This document shows, one piece after another, positions 50,812 through 63,960 of a DNA stretch of 64,000 nt. The notes beneath the pieces were generated by a model. That model had not been told where the DNA came from, searched no databases, and was given only the letters and a program-made list of their open reading frames with translations. Origin of the DNA: Octopus bimaculoides. Lineage: Eukaryota. A program made the position numbers and the translations under genes. Location of the stretch: the NCBI RefSeq assembly GCF_001194135.2, contig NC_068988.1:3949641-4013640 (forward strand), in the 5' to 3' direction. The first letter of the stretch is position 1. Each line of letters begins with the position of its first letter.

Positions 50812-51147
50812 ATATATATGAATGTCCATATATACATAGAAATATACATACAGTGTTCTCACAACATCTCCAATGAAGGCATATATAAAACACCCGGATA
50901 CAGCTGTAAGACCTATTTATAAATGTTCTAAAATCTTTTACAGCCTTGGATTTTTATCTCATTCTGAAAATGTTTATATATACGCATGCTTATATATGAC
51001 CTACGTTGGACTCCTCATTCGCATAATCACCGAACCTGGAGCTTAACTATAGTCTGTCCATAGCACTTATTCAGCATTACCTTACATCTTTGGGTCTTAT
51101 TGACACCATTACCTCTCATAACCTCTCTATCTCTCTCTCTGTCTCTC

Positions 51148-51204
<57 letters not shown>

Positions 51205-51339
51205 GATGATGATGATGACGATGTATATATATACATACATACATATATTTATGTGTATGTATGTATATATGTCATATGTATACATGTGTGTGTGTGTGTT
51301 TGTATGCACGTGCATATGTATGTGTGTGCGTGTGTTAAA

Positions 51340-51630
51340 TATATCATGGCCGTGGTCATTGCTGGTGTCATATAAATGGCACTGCACCCATGAGTCACGG
51401 TTGTTGCTGGTGTCATGTAAATGGCATGGCAACCATGCCGGTGGAATGTAAAAGCATCCATTACACTCCTGGAGTGGTTGGCATTAGGAAGGGCATCCAG
51501 CTTTAGAAGCCATGGCAGATCAGGTTACGACCTAGTGCAGCTCTCAGGTTCATCATCTCCAGTCAAACTGTCTAATGCATGCAAGTATGGAGAGCAGGCA
51601 TTAAAGCAATGATGATGATGATGATGATGT
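51340..51630 (+). mobile_element. family R copy
   Basis: GGCATTAGGAAGGGCATCCAGC..CAGTCAAACTGTC..(GAT)n. Confidence 0.75.
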
Positions 51631-51782
51631 TATATATGTGTGTGTGTGTGTGTGTCTGTATGTACGTATGTATGTAAGTATGTATGTAAGTATGCATGTG
51701 TGTATGCTTGTGTAACTTGTGTGACTGTACATACCTGTGTGTGTGTGTATATATATCCCTGTTTTTCTCCTTGTCTCCGTAT

Positions 51783-51819
51783 TCTTTCTGTTGAAGAGCG
51801 TAGCTCGAAACGTCAAAGA
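51783..51819 (+). ncRNA. minimal hammerhead-like motif with variant core (CUGUUGA)
   Basis: stem I TCTTT/AAAGA; CTGTTGA plus A; stem II GAGC-GTA-GCTC; GAAAC-GTC. Confidence 0.55.
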
Positions 51820-52747
51820 CTTTCCGTATTCCCGAGCGTCATACTAATACATCCTTTTGTTATTTACACCACCTGTCCTCGTCTGTTGTTNNNNNNNNNN
51901 TACATCCTTCTGTTATTTACACCACCTGTCCTCGTCTGTTGTTGTTTTTTCGTACATTTTCCCATATATATATATATATATGCATATATATATATATATA
52001 TGCATATATGTGTGCCTGCTGCAATTATATAAGCATTTATACATATACATATGCATGAATGTCCTTATATACATATAAATATACATAGTCATCCCTGTCT
52101 GTCTATCTTTCTACATCAACATCCTAAACATACACACATGTATAGACATTCAAATACTTCATTTGATTTTTATTTGCTCTTTTTTCTTCTTTTTTTTTTG
52201 CTGTATATTATTCAATTGTGCTTTGTTTAGAAATGAGTGCAGTGCTTAGAAAATGTAAATAATTGTCTTCTGAGACATAACAATAAAGTAACACCATTGT
52301 TTGCGATTATGCAAATTTTTATCATCCCTTTGTCAATAAAATTTACATATTCACTAACTACAAGATATTTTCTGCTTGGTCTAATAGCAACTAATCTAAG
52401 AGATTCTCAAATGAAATTTACTTATAAAACTATTGATGGTTGTTGACTCAAGACCAATGCCTTTATCAAATTTTAGATTTATACTGCCCTGCCTCCTTCC
52501 CACTCTTCCTACTTTCCCTTTTGTACTCTTTTCTCTTCTATTTTTTTTTATGGTTCAGTCCACAAACTATGTTAGTTACAATTTCAATTTTCAGTTCAAT
52601 CAAATAATGGTATCTTTTAGAGTTACTTTCATGACAAATAAAATGCGTAAAAGTGTAAGTAGTATACAGTGAGGTTAAAACTACAACTAAATCATGGAAG
52701 GTTGTGTTGTATGGTCTACTGGATTTATTGTTATTATTATTATTATT

Positions 52748-52973
52748 AGGGTGGTAAGCTGGCAGAATCGTTAGCATGCCAGGTAAAATGGTTAGCAGCA
52801 TTTTGTTAGTCTTTATGTTCTGAGTTCAAATTCTGCTAAGGTTGACTTTGCCTTCCATCCTTTCAGGGCCAATAAATTAAGAACCAGTTACGCACTGGGG
52901 GTCGATGTAATCGACTTAACCCCTTTGTCTGTCCTTGTTTGCTCCCCTTTATGTTTAGCCCCTTGTGGGCAAA
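52748..52973 (+). mobile_element. SINE family A copy
   Basis: GCTGGCAGAATCGTTAGCA..TCTGAGTTCAAATT..GTCGATGTAATCGACTT..TTTAGCCCCTTGTGGGC(A)n. Confidence 0.9.
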
Positions 52974-53284
52974 AAAAAAAAAAAGAAGAAGCATCCAATG
53001 AGTCAAAGGACTATATCTCCTTCCAGCTTCTTAGTTTGGCAAATTTTCTACAGCTGGATACCCTTCCTAACACCAACCTTCTTTACACCCTCCCTAACAC
53101 CAACCACTCTACAGAGAGTACAGGAGACTCTGCTTGCAGCACCAAATATGGAATTTTCTCAGTTGAAATGCCTTTGATTTTAAGTCTGTTTCAATCAAGC
53201 CTGACCAGGGACTAAATTACAACAAGTTAAGTCAATACAAATAGTTTCTACAAGGGTTTCCCCATTGAATCACCCAAAATTCGT

Positions 53285-53525
53285 ACAGTGTGTCCTTGAG
53301 CAAGATATTTTATTTCACGTTGTTACCATCTACTCAGCTGACAAAAATGAGTAGTACCTCTAATTCACAGGGAGCCAGCCTTGTCATATTCTGTATCACA
53401 CTGAATGTCCCTAAAAACTATGTTACAGGTAAGCATGTCTGTGGAGCGCTCAGCCACTTGCATGTTAATTTCATGTGCAAGCTATTCCATTGATTGGATA
53501 AACTGAAACACTTGTCATTGTAACC
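53285..53525 (+). mobile_element. SINE family D copy
   Basis: matches 45885-46200 in opposite orientation. Confidence 0.75.
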
Positions 53526-54042
53526 GATGGAGAAAGTATGGTTTACTGAATCTCTTGACCAAAAGACAATCAGTGATTTCTATCCAGACACTAATACTTG
53601 ACTAAGTTGTCCTTGACTAAGTCACTTTGTTCTCAATGATTCACTCTACATAGACACAGAAGGTGACACAGTTCACCATGGCCAAACAATAGCAACAGTG
53701 TATTATTGACATGTACTTCGTTAACTTAAATTGTGTATCTAACCCTTCCATTGGTGAGATGTAACAACCACAGAGCAACATCATAGAAGAGATTTTGAAA
53801 ACAATCACCAGATCAATGAAGCGTAGAGAATAATTTTGATACACATCAATATTATCAATAAACAGAATGGGCAGATTTGAAGTAATTCGAGATTTATAAA
53901 ATTCTAAAACAATTGTCATAATTTGAAGTATGTTCTCATAGTTAGCCAGCTTTGTTTTACAAACTATGAAAGAGAAATTACCTTCAGAACAAAACACAAT
54001 ACAATTTGATATTTCTATATTTTAACTTTTGACAACATATGC

Positions 54043-54385
54043 AGGCATAGCTGAGTGGTAAGAAGTTTGCTTCCCACCCACATGGTTCTAGGTTCAGTCC
54101 CACTTTCTGACATCCTGAGCAAGTGTCTTTTACAGCTTTGGAACAATCAAATATTTGTTAGTGTATCTGGTAGATGGAAACTCAAAGAGACCCACTGTGT
54201 GTGTGTATTTTTACGTTTGTCCCCCACCACTGCTTAACGACAACTGGTGTTGCTTTGTTTCCATCCCTGAAACTTAGCAGTATGACAAGAAAGAACAAGA
54301 GAGTAATTAGTGGAGTTGATTCATTTGAATAAAATACTTCAAGGTGGTGCCACAGCATGGCCGTTGTCTAATGACTGAAACAAGA
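54043..54385 (+). mobile_element. SINE family C copy
   Basis: GGCATAGCTGAGTGGTAAGAAG..GGTTCAGTCCCAC..CAGCATGGCCG..ATGACTGAAACAAG. Confidence 0.8.
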
Positions 54386-55279
54386 AAACAATAATAAAAC
54401 TTTTATATCATGGCTACATATACATATATATGTATGTATATATATATGCATATGTGTATATATATATTCATATGCATGTGTGTGTCTTAGTGAGATAGAA
54501 TGCATATGAGTGTATGGTATATTTTTCCATATGTTTCTCTCTTCTTTCTCCTAACCTGATTACACCCAAACTTCTACCATTATGTTTATAAATAAAGACT
54601 AAATTAAAGAATTATTGATAATATTTATCATTATCAATAATTCCTTAATTTACCCTTTGGTTAATATATAAACACTCCTTCATTTTGCTACATACATGGC
54701 TACACATGGAGGGCATAAAATTATTTGCTTTAATGAAAAAAAAAAAATTCAATATTTTTGCTTTTACAACTTTCTAACTGTTTCACAAATATTCAATATC
54801 ATACATATATATTCGTTTAAGTTTCCCACTTATACAGACTTACCATATGATTGTGTTGCTGGCTTGGGTGTGTGTAATCATATATGTAGCAAAATGCAGA
54901 AGCATTCGTATTTTAAACGGAGAATAAATGAAAGAATTGTTGAATAAATGAAAGAATTACCTCATCAATAATTCTAGCTTTAAAAATTGCTTCCCCAAAA
55001 TTAATAAATTTATTTCTTGAGATAATCGAGTATTTGGGCAATATTATAGAATTTTCAAAAGTAGCTTCATGCAGTCCTCTGTCAGCTTCTGCCTAACTGT
55101 CCAGCCCATGCCAGCTTGGAAAGTAGATGTTGAATGATGAGGATGAATTCTCAGTACCACCACGAAGATTTTTATCCCTTTTACTAATGATATCACCCTT
55201 CATTGCTATTAACGACAATTAATGGCAGTTCTTTTATCATGACCATTGCCCTTATTTTTATTATTATTGGTTTCATATT

Positions 55280-55708
55280 TTGGCACAAGGCCAGTAACTG
55301 AGAGAGTGGGGGTAAGTCGATTACATAACCCCCAGAGCACAGCTGGTACGTATTTTATTGACCCAGAAAAAATGAAAGGCTAAGGCGACCCCAGCAGTAT
55401 TTGAACTCAGAACGTGAAGTCAGTATTAATGTCTCTAAGCATTCTGCCAGCTTCCCACCTCATGCCATTATTATTATTGTTAGCACCTTTAAGGTGTCGA
55501 GTTGGTAGAATCGTTGACTCACCTGGCAAAATGCTTAGCAGCATGTCATATATCCTTGGGCTCTGAGTTCAAATTTTATCAGGCTCACCTTTGCCTTTCA
55601 TCCTTTTGGAGTCAATAAAATAAGTACCAGTTATGCACTGGGGTTCGATGTAATCAACTTAGCCTCTCCCCTCCGAAATTGCTGACCCTGAGCCAAAACT
55701 TGAAACCA
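55280..55708. mobile_element. head-to-head inverted pair of SINE family A copies (55280-55460 minus; 55490-55708 plus)
   Basis: ATTTGAACTCAGAAC on the left and CTGAGTTCAAAT on the right, with matching body motifs. Confidence 0.75.
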
Positions 55709-56019
55709 TTATTGTTAACATCTTTCAGACGTATGGGGTTTTTTTCCTGTTTTTACACAACTTGGACTTTAACATCAATCCATGGGAAACAACTCTTCCT
55801 TCTGTTTTTACCTTAAATCTACACCAAAAGTTGTTTTTTTATTTTTACTAAAATTTCATTTCATCCTAATGTTAGCACCAAGTGAACCTGCCCTAAAGAG
55901 GTTACCTAATTTTGACCAGAATAAATAAAGAGATGTCAATATTCTTGTAGCATTCAAAGTTAATGAAATACTTGAGAAAACCCCACTTATTTTGTTGTGT
56001 CACATGTGAGACTCTAAAG

Positions 56020-56350
56020 CAGTGTTTCTCAACCTTTTCACCTTTATGTAGCACTTAGAATACATTACGACACAAGGAACCCCTGCACAAAAAAAAAATT
56101 ATATACCATATCTTTCTAATATTTTTTCATAGTTCACCTAGTAAATATCATATATATATATATACATATATATATGGAGTTATTCAACATCAACGCATCA
56201 CTTATAACATGCGTTTTCTCCATTCCTTAAATTCTTAAATATACTCAAATACCCAAAATTTCAAGGAGTTCCTGCCTTAAAAATAGGAACTAAACCACAG
56301 TTATTTTGTGTTCTTTGCTACATTGGTATATATATATATATATATATATA

Positions 56351-56392
<42 letters not shown>

Positions 56393-56588
56393 TCCATAAA
56401 TTACAGACATCACTAAATATATCCCCCAATGGTTGTTATATTTTTTGATAACCTAATAGGTTAGATAGGATGATGTCTATATTACAATAACCAATAATAT
56501 GTTGTGCATGTATAGTAATATTACCATCATGAAATTAGCATTAGCTTATCTCACTCTTTCTCGTGGAACCCCTGGTTGAGAAACGCTG
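56020..56588. mobile_element. hAT (Charlie-type) MITE with 15-bp TIRs and 8-bp TSD
   Basis: TIRs CAGTGTTTCTCAACC / GGTTGAGAAACGCTG (14/15); identical TSD CTCTAAAG at 56012-19 and 56589-96. Confidence 0.95.
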
Positions 56589-58924
56589 CTCTAAAGAAAT
56601 GAACAGAAATGACCATGGCAGATTGCTGGACCCCTTAACTAATAGGATTAAACTGGTTTCTCTTGTAGGGCATTTGAGACAAAGTAGTGTGGCCGATTCC
56701 CTCATAAAGTTCTCTAACATTTGGAGTTGAACTACAAGCTAACATTCATCAGGTGATATTGTTTACAATGGTGGGTTGTTTCATCTTTATATGGTACCCC
56801 ATTTACTGCTTAGTAGACTGAGACATTTGCGAGTAAACCACAAGCACAATGCAATGCGAATGAGAAATGAATTCAGACCATCTGATCATTTGGCTGTACA
56901 AACAGCATCCAATTAAATCACTTACCTAGGTTCTCAGAACATAACTAGGTTATTTTAGAGTGGTTATTCCTTAATGGTTTGATACAAGCACCTCCACCGA
57001 GGAATCATAATAGATAATAAAAAGATATTTTAGATGAAGGTATCAGTGACTCCAGCATCCAACGTCTTCTTTTATGACATTCCTAAAGACATTCTTTCTC
57101 TACTGCACCACTGGAGATCTGCAACACTCAATCTAAACTTAGAATTCAGGGTTTTAATTTCTGACTTCAAATGTACAGAAAACTGATTTTATATAGCTGT
57201 TTCTGTTGGAAATCAAAACATGCAGCACCAACAAGATCTTAGAGCTGTGTTACCTAACCTCTTCAAAACATTAAAAAGAAAGATGGGGAAAAAAACACTT
57301 TAACCTATCTATGAAAATGAAATCCTTCTATATTCTTATTTGGCAGAAATTATGGTAGAGAGATGTGTTATTACATAGTTTGAGGAGGTGGAACTTGCTT
57401 ATTTTAACATTGTTGATTTTTCTTTTCTTGTCTTTCTTTCTTTTTTTTTTTTTTTTTTTTTTTTTTTGTTTTGTTTTGTTTAAATTTCTCCAGATTTCAA
57501 TTTTGAAAGGAAAACCTTATAATAAACATCAATTCTTAATGAAATTAGCAGAGTCTGATTTATTAAATAATATGTTTCCGTTTTATTGTTTTTGTTTCTT
57601 TTCCATTTTGCTTTTCTGTTTAGCACCCTATATTGACTAATATGCAATTTAGACAAGTTTTTTTCTTTGTGTGTGACTCTATGTATTATATCCAAGTAGA
57701 AGTAAGTTAATAATAAAATACCATCATCTCGACAAAACAAGATGTATGGCTGATTACTTGTTGGAAATGATATTTTATTAGCAGAAATGTTTGAAATAAT
57801 TACAAATGTCATAACAGGTTCTAATCAAATATTTTATATTTTTTATTTCATGTTGTTAGTATTTTTTTTTTTTTTTACTTACTGTCTTTTTACTTCTAAA
57901 TTAAGTAAAATCACAATGAACTGCAATATATCAGCAATATACAAAATTTACATTGCAGACATCATTTATTTGATCCAAAATTTTATGGTGTGGAACCAAT
58001 TTAGCAATCTCAACTCTTTTCACTTGATTCAATGACTATAATATATTCAATTTCTAAATTGAGTTTTGGAAATAGTTTGGAGAAGTTCTTTATATTTTAG
58101 TGTTAGGAATAAACATGATACTATAAATTATTGGTGCTAAACCGCTAAGAGCTAATTTTTACAAGATAAATTCATTTATTAGCTATTTCCAGACTGATAC
58201 ACTTGCCTGAAACAAGAACCAGGATGTAATCAGATTATTAGCAGAGGCACTCATCTCACAAGAATAAATCATTTGAAATGCAAGCCAGTGTCTTGACTTC
58301 AAAACCATTCCTTACAGTATTGCATAGTTGTAGTTGATCAAGTCTAATGCTAAATGCAGTAATACTCTTTTACTGTTGTTGTAAAGTAGTAATTCTTGTA
58401 TTAAGTCCATCTAGTCTTTGTGAATGGATAAGACTGTCATGTGGAAAGCAGAGTAACTTTCTCATTAACAACAGTTGCAAGAGTGAGAGAGTTTATTTAT
58501 ACATTGTATTGTTTGCTAGTCATGCTTAATAGCAATAGATTTTTATTCTTGAGATGAGAAGTAATTTATATGTTATTAGTATAATGGTAGGTGTTGTTCC
58601 TAAATGACATTCTTTTAGATGGAAGCTTTTAGCTGTTCCTAAAAGCTTCCATAACAATGTCAGCAATGAATATGGAGATATGTAAAAGTTGGAAGGACTT
58701 CAGCATACCAATGTACTCCTTACTATGTAGCATAGAAAAGCTACTTTAAAGTAAGCCAACAAATGATATTATCATATTTGAAGGTGGCTACAATGGCTAC
58801 GACAAACTACAGAGTATATACAAATGACAAGGCAGTAGAAAAAGGGACAATGTATTTAAATGTTCTGTTTGTAACAAAGTGGCTCTGGGTTTGAGCTGAC
58901 TGCAGGGTACACTGGGTAAATGAT

Positions 58925-58958
<34 letters not shown>

Positions 58959-59539
58959 TATACAGACATGCATGCATTCATATACATACATTCTAGCATA
59001 TTCAGAGTTTCACGTTCCATTCATCTGACAGTTTAGATTGAGAAATACTGTTTACATACGAGCATATATATATCATCATCATCATCATCATCGTTTAACG
59101 TCCGCTTTCCATGCTAGCATATTTATAATATATAAATGAGTAACAGTAGAGGTACAGGTGTCAATCCATTATGGCCGTTTCTAATGACTCCTTTAATTGA
59201 TTAATGGAAACGTTTACATCATTGTACAGAAACTGTTTTCATCTGATGAATTCCTGAACTTTAAAATAAAGGACATTCGGAACGACTTAACATAGTTTAA
59301 AATCCATGGAGCAAAAACATTTACAGTGGTTCTGCTACTATTGCACGTGGCAGAATGGATTTTCCAGAATAGGGTATAATTGATCAGAACAGAGAAATTT
59401 AGGGGCTAGTAGAGTTTATAGGAGGGGAAAGTATAATTGACTCCATTGACCCAGTTAGTTATACCTCTAACAAGACTCCAAAAGTCTAGATTTATCTCTT
59501 AAGGAGTTGTTTAACGTCTACTGGTCAGTGGTAAGAAAA

Positions 59540-59975
59540 TTATTTGTGGTCAGGTCAACTCACTAGACAGTACTTTTCACACAGTCTCCAGTGAACTAAC
59601 TTACCATGCCTCCTTTTGTTGTGCTTTTTGGCCAGCTTGCTATAATCACTCACAACATGTAAGATTGTTTCATTTTTGCTACCAGGCATCCTACAAAGGG
59701 GCGATTTGCTACTCTTATCTATTTGGGAGTTGGTGTAATTAGTTCTCGGAGCTTGTTCCTGGCTGCTGCATATCAATGCCTCAGTGCATCCTTTCAGATC
59801 TCTTTTTCTTAACCACCCCCAGGCGTTGGTCTTCTCTTTCCCTTTTGATGTCTCTGAGGTATTGCCCATGCATTGTTTTCATTTTCCAGCTGTTTATTCT
59901 TTGTTCTTTATCAATGCTTCTTAAGTGTTTTGGGGTGCATCAGATTTTCGGTAGGTATTCTTACTTTTATCACTG
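59540..59975 (-). pseudogene. R4/Dong-like non-LTR fragment (post-RT, zinc knuckle)
   Basis: WKMKTMHGQYLRD..NAWGWLRKRDLKGCTEALICSSQEQAPRTNY..SPLCRMPGSKNETILHVVS..KRRH..VHWRLCEKY. Confidence 0.85.
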
Positions 59976-59979
59976 CCAT

Positions 59980-60600
59980 TTACTTTTAATCTGCCAAGAC
60001 ACACTCGGTACTCGAGGGCAAATTAAGTCTAAGAAATGTTGAAATATAACTAAAAGCTTGGCAAGGAGAAGTGGCAAGGGCAGTAGAAAAACACCTCCAT
60101 ATAACACAATACAAACATTAAATTGATAGGGTTTTTCTAAGGAGATGGGCGGTGCTTGTCAACACAATCATTTGGATTTCCTTGAGACATGGTTCTCCTG
60201 GGATCTTGCCTAAATGTTTCTGACATCTCTTATATTTACTTAATTTGTCAAATTCCTTTACAGGTATACTTTCATCAGTGAGAACACTTAACATGTTTTA
60301 GTCTACAAGTGTTTTCCTCCGACTTTAATAATTATGTCTGGTCAATTAGCCTGGACTGTTCTGTCAGTGTTGACTGGAAAATCCCAGAGGATGGTGGCGT
60401 TTTTACCTTCAACAATTAGCTCAGGATGATGCACATACCTGTTCGCAGGAGTGCTGATTTTGTAGTGTTTCCATATTTTTCAATGTAAAATGATAATTGA
60501 AGAATACAGTGAACAGTCGAGAGAAGATAATGCCTCAAACACTCAAATATAACATTTAAAAGACAGCAACAGTAACAATAACAACAATCGCAAGAACACT
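59980..60600 (-). pseudogene. second R4/Dong-like 3' fragment
   Basis: IVEGKNATILWDFPVNTDRTVQAN*PDIIIK..KLSKYK..KIPGEPCLKEIQMIVLTSTAHLLRKTLSI*. Confidence 0.8.
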
Positions 60601-61595
60601 TCTTCCTTGATTCCAAATGCTGCTGTCTGTTAATATGGCAACTGTGTGAAGATAAACCTTACTTCAATATAAAACGAACAGATAGAAGTTTGGGATTTCC
60701 ACTGTCCCACCATTGTGACAATAAGCATGGTAGTACCTCCTCACACTCACTTGTGTTAAAAGGTCTGTAAAGGGTCAGGAACATGACAGTTCCTTCCTGT
60801 GTAAAAGATAAAACATAAATTTTCCTTCGTTCTCCCATGTTTTTATTGTAAATAATTACAATTTATCTTAAAGAGTAATTCATTAATTCTTAGCATTCTA
60901 AGGAAGTAATTCATTAATCTAATTTCTCATATTCTTAATGAATCGTCCCCTGGACAGATGATTGTTAGACAAAAAATTAACATTGTTGTGAAGTACTACA
61001 ATATCCCAATCAGGTCTCAAGAGGTGTTTAAATCGATGGCTTCAACAATAACGACTGCCAAACTAACTTCAAGATCAATACAGGGATAACCTAACAATAC
61101 ATATTTTACCGAAAATATAGAATTATCCAAAATATATTTCTAAAAACAGGAAAATATTGCCTAGGATAATGTATTCATTCTTGAATGCTATCATATTTGC
61201 ATCATAGATTTTATGATTGAAGAAATCTTTGAGTTGCTACTCCACCCACCCACACCCACTAACAGACAACAACTATAACCACTGCTACTACTATGACTCT
61301 TACACAACTACTATTACAGTGCCATGACTATTGAAGCCATTATCACCGGAATTACAAGACTTCTACTATTATCATCACTACCAGCCGATAAGGGCAGAGT
61401 CTATGTGGTATTCGACCTGCTAGAAATAGCAGCTAAATCTCAATATTCTGCCCATGTCATATAAAGATTACATTAAATAATTGCTTCTAATTAAGACACA
61501 AGGTCAGCTATTTTCAAGAGATGAAGTTAGTTGATCCCATTGACCCAAATACTTGACCAGTGCCATATTCTATTAATCCAAAATGGATTACAAGT

Positions 61596-61705
61596 GATAT
61601 TTGTCCACATCTTGTTTGTTGTTAAAACAACATTTCAGCTTTCATTAGGTGTCTTGGGGAAATTCGAACCTGGGTTCTCGTTCCTAAGGTATTTTTTGAT
61701 GTTGC

Positions 61706-61755
<50 letters not shown>

Positions 61756-62090
61756 TCACTGCCTGGAATCGAATTCAAAATCTTGAGGTTAGTAGCCCGC
61801 ACTCTAACCATGGGCATATGGCATAGTGGTTAAGAGCACGGGCTACTAACCCCAAGATTCCGAGTTTGATTCCCGGTAGTAACCTGAATAATAATAATAA
61901 TAATAATAATAACAACAACATCGAAAAAATCTTAGGAATGAGAACTCAGGCTTGAAATTTCCCCAAGACACCTGATGAAGGTTGGAGGGTATATCAGCCG
62001 AAACATTGTGTTAACAACAAACAAGATGAGGACAAATATCCGTCAATTGTAAATAATATTCATAATTCCTCATCTCTTAAATATAGAACT
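61596..62090. mobile_element. palindromic tRNA-headed, hammerhead-bearing element, copy 2
   Basis: left arm 61596-61810 (minus, internally deleted) and right arm ~61808-62090 (plus); same sequence as 24083-24662. Confidence 0.9.
61967..62012 (+). ncRNA. minimal hammerhead motif with one substitution
   Basis: GACAC-CTGATGA-A-GGTTG..CAGCC-GAAAC-ATT-GTGTT; G16.2 replaced by A, consistent with CpG decay. Confidence 0.6.
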
Positions 62091-62958
62091 CTATTTCTAA
62101 ATATATTTTAAAAAATAAGGCATGCTGGTCATGGCTGGAGAGCATGACTACAGGTTTGTTTTATTAAAGCTGAGCTGACACATTCATACAACAACAACAA
62201 CAACAAAAACTGCCTTCAACACTGATGGGAAACAATTTCTTGTTTGCTTAATGAAGAATATAAGAAATTACTTTAAGAATTTACTTTTACTGGTTTCAGG
62301 TTCTGTTTGTGGCCATGCTGGAGCTGTCTTGATCGGATTAGTCAATCAAATTAACTTTGATACTTATGATATTGTTCTACTTTGTGTCAAACTGCCAAAA
62401 TATGAAGCAATCTATAAACCACTCGAAAAATCTCCTTGTCCTTTCAGGTGAAAACAAATTATCAGTGTGACCACTAGTGATGTCAGCTTCTTTAAAGTTG
62501 GTCTGGTGAGATTGTAGAGATGCTAGAACGGAGGTATGTAGATGTGGGCTGTGTACTAGAGATAAGATGACAGAGAACCACAACCCAAAATTGCACATGG
62601 ACAAAGTACATACAGATCGTTGTCAACTTGCAACCATAAATCAATTTGGTCCTAAATGGATTTTGGTCATAAGTTGGCCTATAGGCCTATATAGCTTTGT
62701 TTTATATTTTTACATTCTTAAGGTATATTTTCAGTTAAAAGTCACACACAGTATTCTGTTTCATACTATTATACTGGCATTAGTAAAAAATTTTGGAGTC
62801 TCAAGCAGTTGTCTTATAAACAAATATGAGGTTTCCTTGATGTCTCCGTGACAGGATAGTCATCCAACACAGTGGCGATCGATAACAAAACCTAGGGGAA
62901 GCATTTGTTAGCTGACATCTTCTGTAGATGGGATAATTTCTAAGAAATTAAACCCATT

Positions 62959-63300
62959 AGATGGGTGCCCACTATGCTCATGATCTTCAAGGCTCAGGTC
63001 TCCACTGCGAAATCATTTAACCCATTTTCGAGCTGACCACTCACTAGTCATTTCCTCACCAAATGTCTCATTGATATTGTGAGCAGTTTCAGCTGCTTTA
63101 CATCCCTTTTTGAAGTTGAATAGCAAAATTACTCGAATATTGCACTTTGATAGTTCCATTTCAAATGATTGTAACAATGGTAAAAAAAAAATATCAATGT
63201 TAATTTATTGATGCATCTGGGAAAATTTCTGTCTGCATTATCAGACAATTGCAAACAAATGTTTAAAAAAGATTCAAAACTCTGCAAAAATCTGGTACAA
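62959..63300 (-). mobile_element. mariner (Hsmar1-like) element 5' relic
   Basis: 63159-62959 reads MELSKCNIRVILLFNFKKGCKAAETAHNINETFGEEMTSEWSARKWVK*FRSGDLSLEDHEHSGHPS, a mariner HTH N-terminus. Confidence 0.85.
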
Positions 63301-63369
63301 ATTCTTCATGGTTCAAAACATTGCTTACTTTTTACTCAACCTGATAGTTCTTACAGCTGAATCTATCAA

Positions 63370-63890
63370 AGAATCAAAGAAGACATTTCAAAGATGGAAT
63401 CAAAGCCTACACTAAAGAAATCTGAAGGTAAATCTAGCAAACCAAAAAGTTTCAACTGGAGAAAGACAGAAAGAGGATACGTTTGATATGACCCATTTGA
63501 GAAAACACTTTTGATATGGCAACAAAAAGTTGACAGGAACTCCATGCAGTGTAACCAATACAAAGTACTAGAGTACTGGAAGCAGAGAGAGAGATCACAA
63601 ACAAGTTAACAGAGAAGGGGGTTTGTAGGTGGCAGGCAGATGTACAGGAGAGGTTAACACAAAAAGCAACCATGGAATGAATATCTTCAAATATGCAGGA
63701 GTCACACAAAAATTAGTAGACAATCTCTTGTTAAGCTACGTGACTTAATTATCAGTGGAGGTGGTTGTTCTGAAACCTTTATAGGCAGAGTAACAGCAGG
63801 ATGAAAAAGTCAAAGGAGATATCTCTGCTGGTAAAAAAGATATTCTCTTTTCAAGTGGAGATCAAATGCTATAAAGAATATCTACAAAGT
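63370..63890 (+). pseudogene. RTE-type LINE fragment, same family as 36550-37050
   Basis: AAGGTAAATCTAGCAAA..AACTCCATGCAGTGTAACCAAT..TAGTAGACAAT..AGTGGAGGTGGTTGTTCTGAA align by eye with the 36.5-kb copy. Confidence 0.6.
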
Positions 63891-63960
63891 ATACCTCACC
63901 AGATGAGTAATATTAGTGAGAATAAAACATTGTGTATAAGGGGAATCAACTTTAAAGGGC

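Noticed and set aside
51841-51945. ~45-nt direct repeat on both sides of a 10-N gap
   Set aside because: Typical unmerged contig overlap, so probably an assembly artefact
59175-59290. CTAATGA..GGAAACGTT and a nearby CTGATGA
   Set aside because: No stem I, and the second core lacks GAAA; too degenerate to call
62377-62604. 75-aa minus-strand ORF
   Set aside because: No recognisable domain, convincing start context or splice signals
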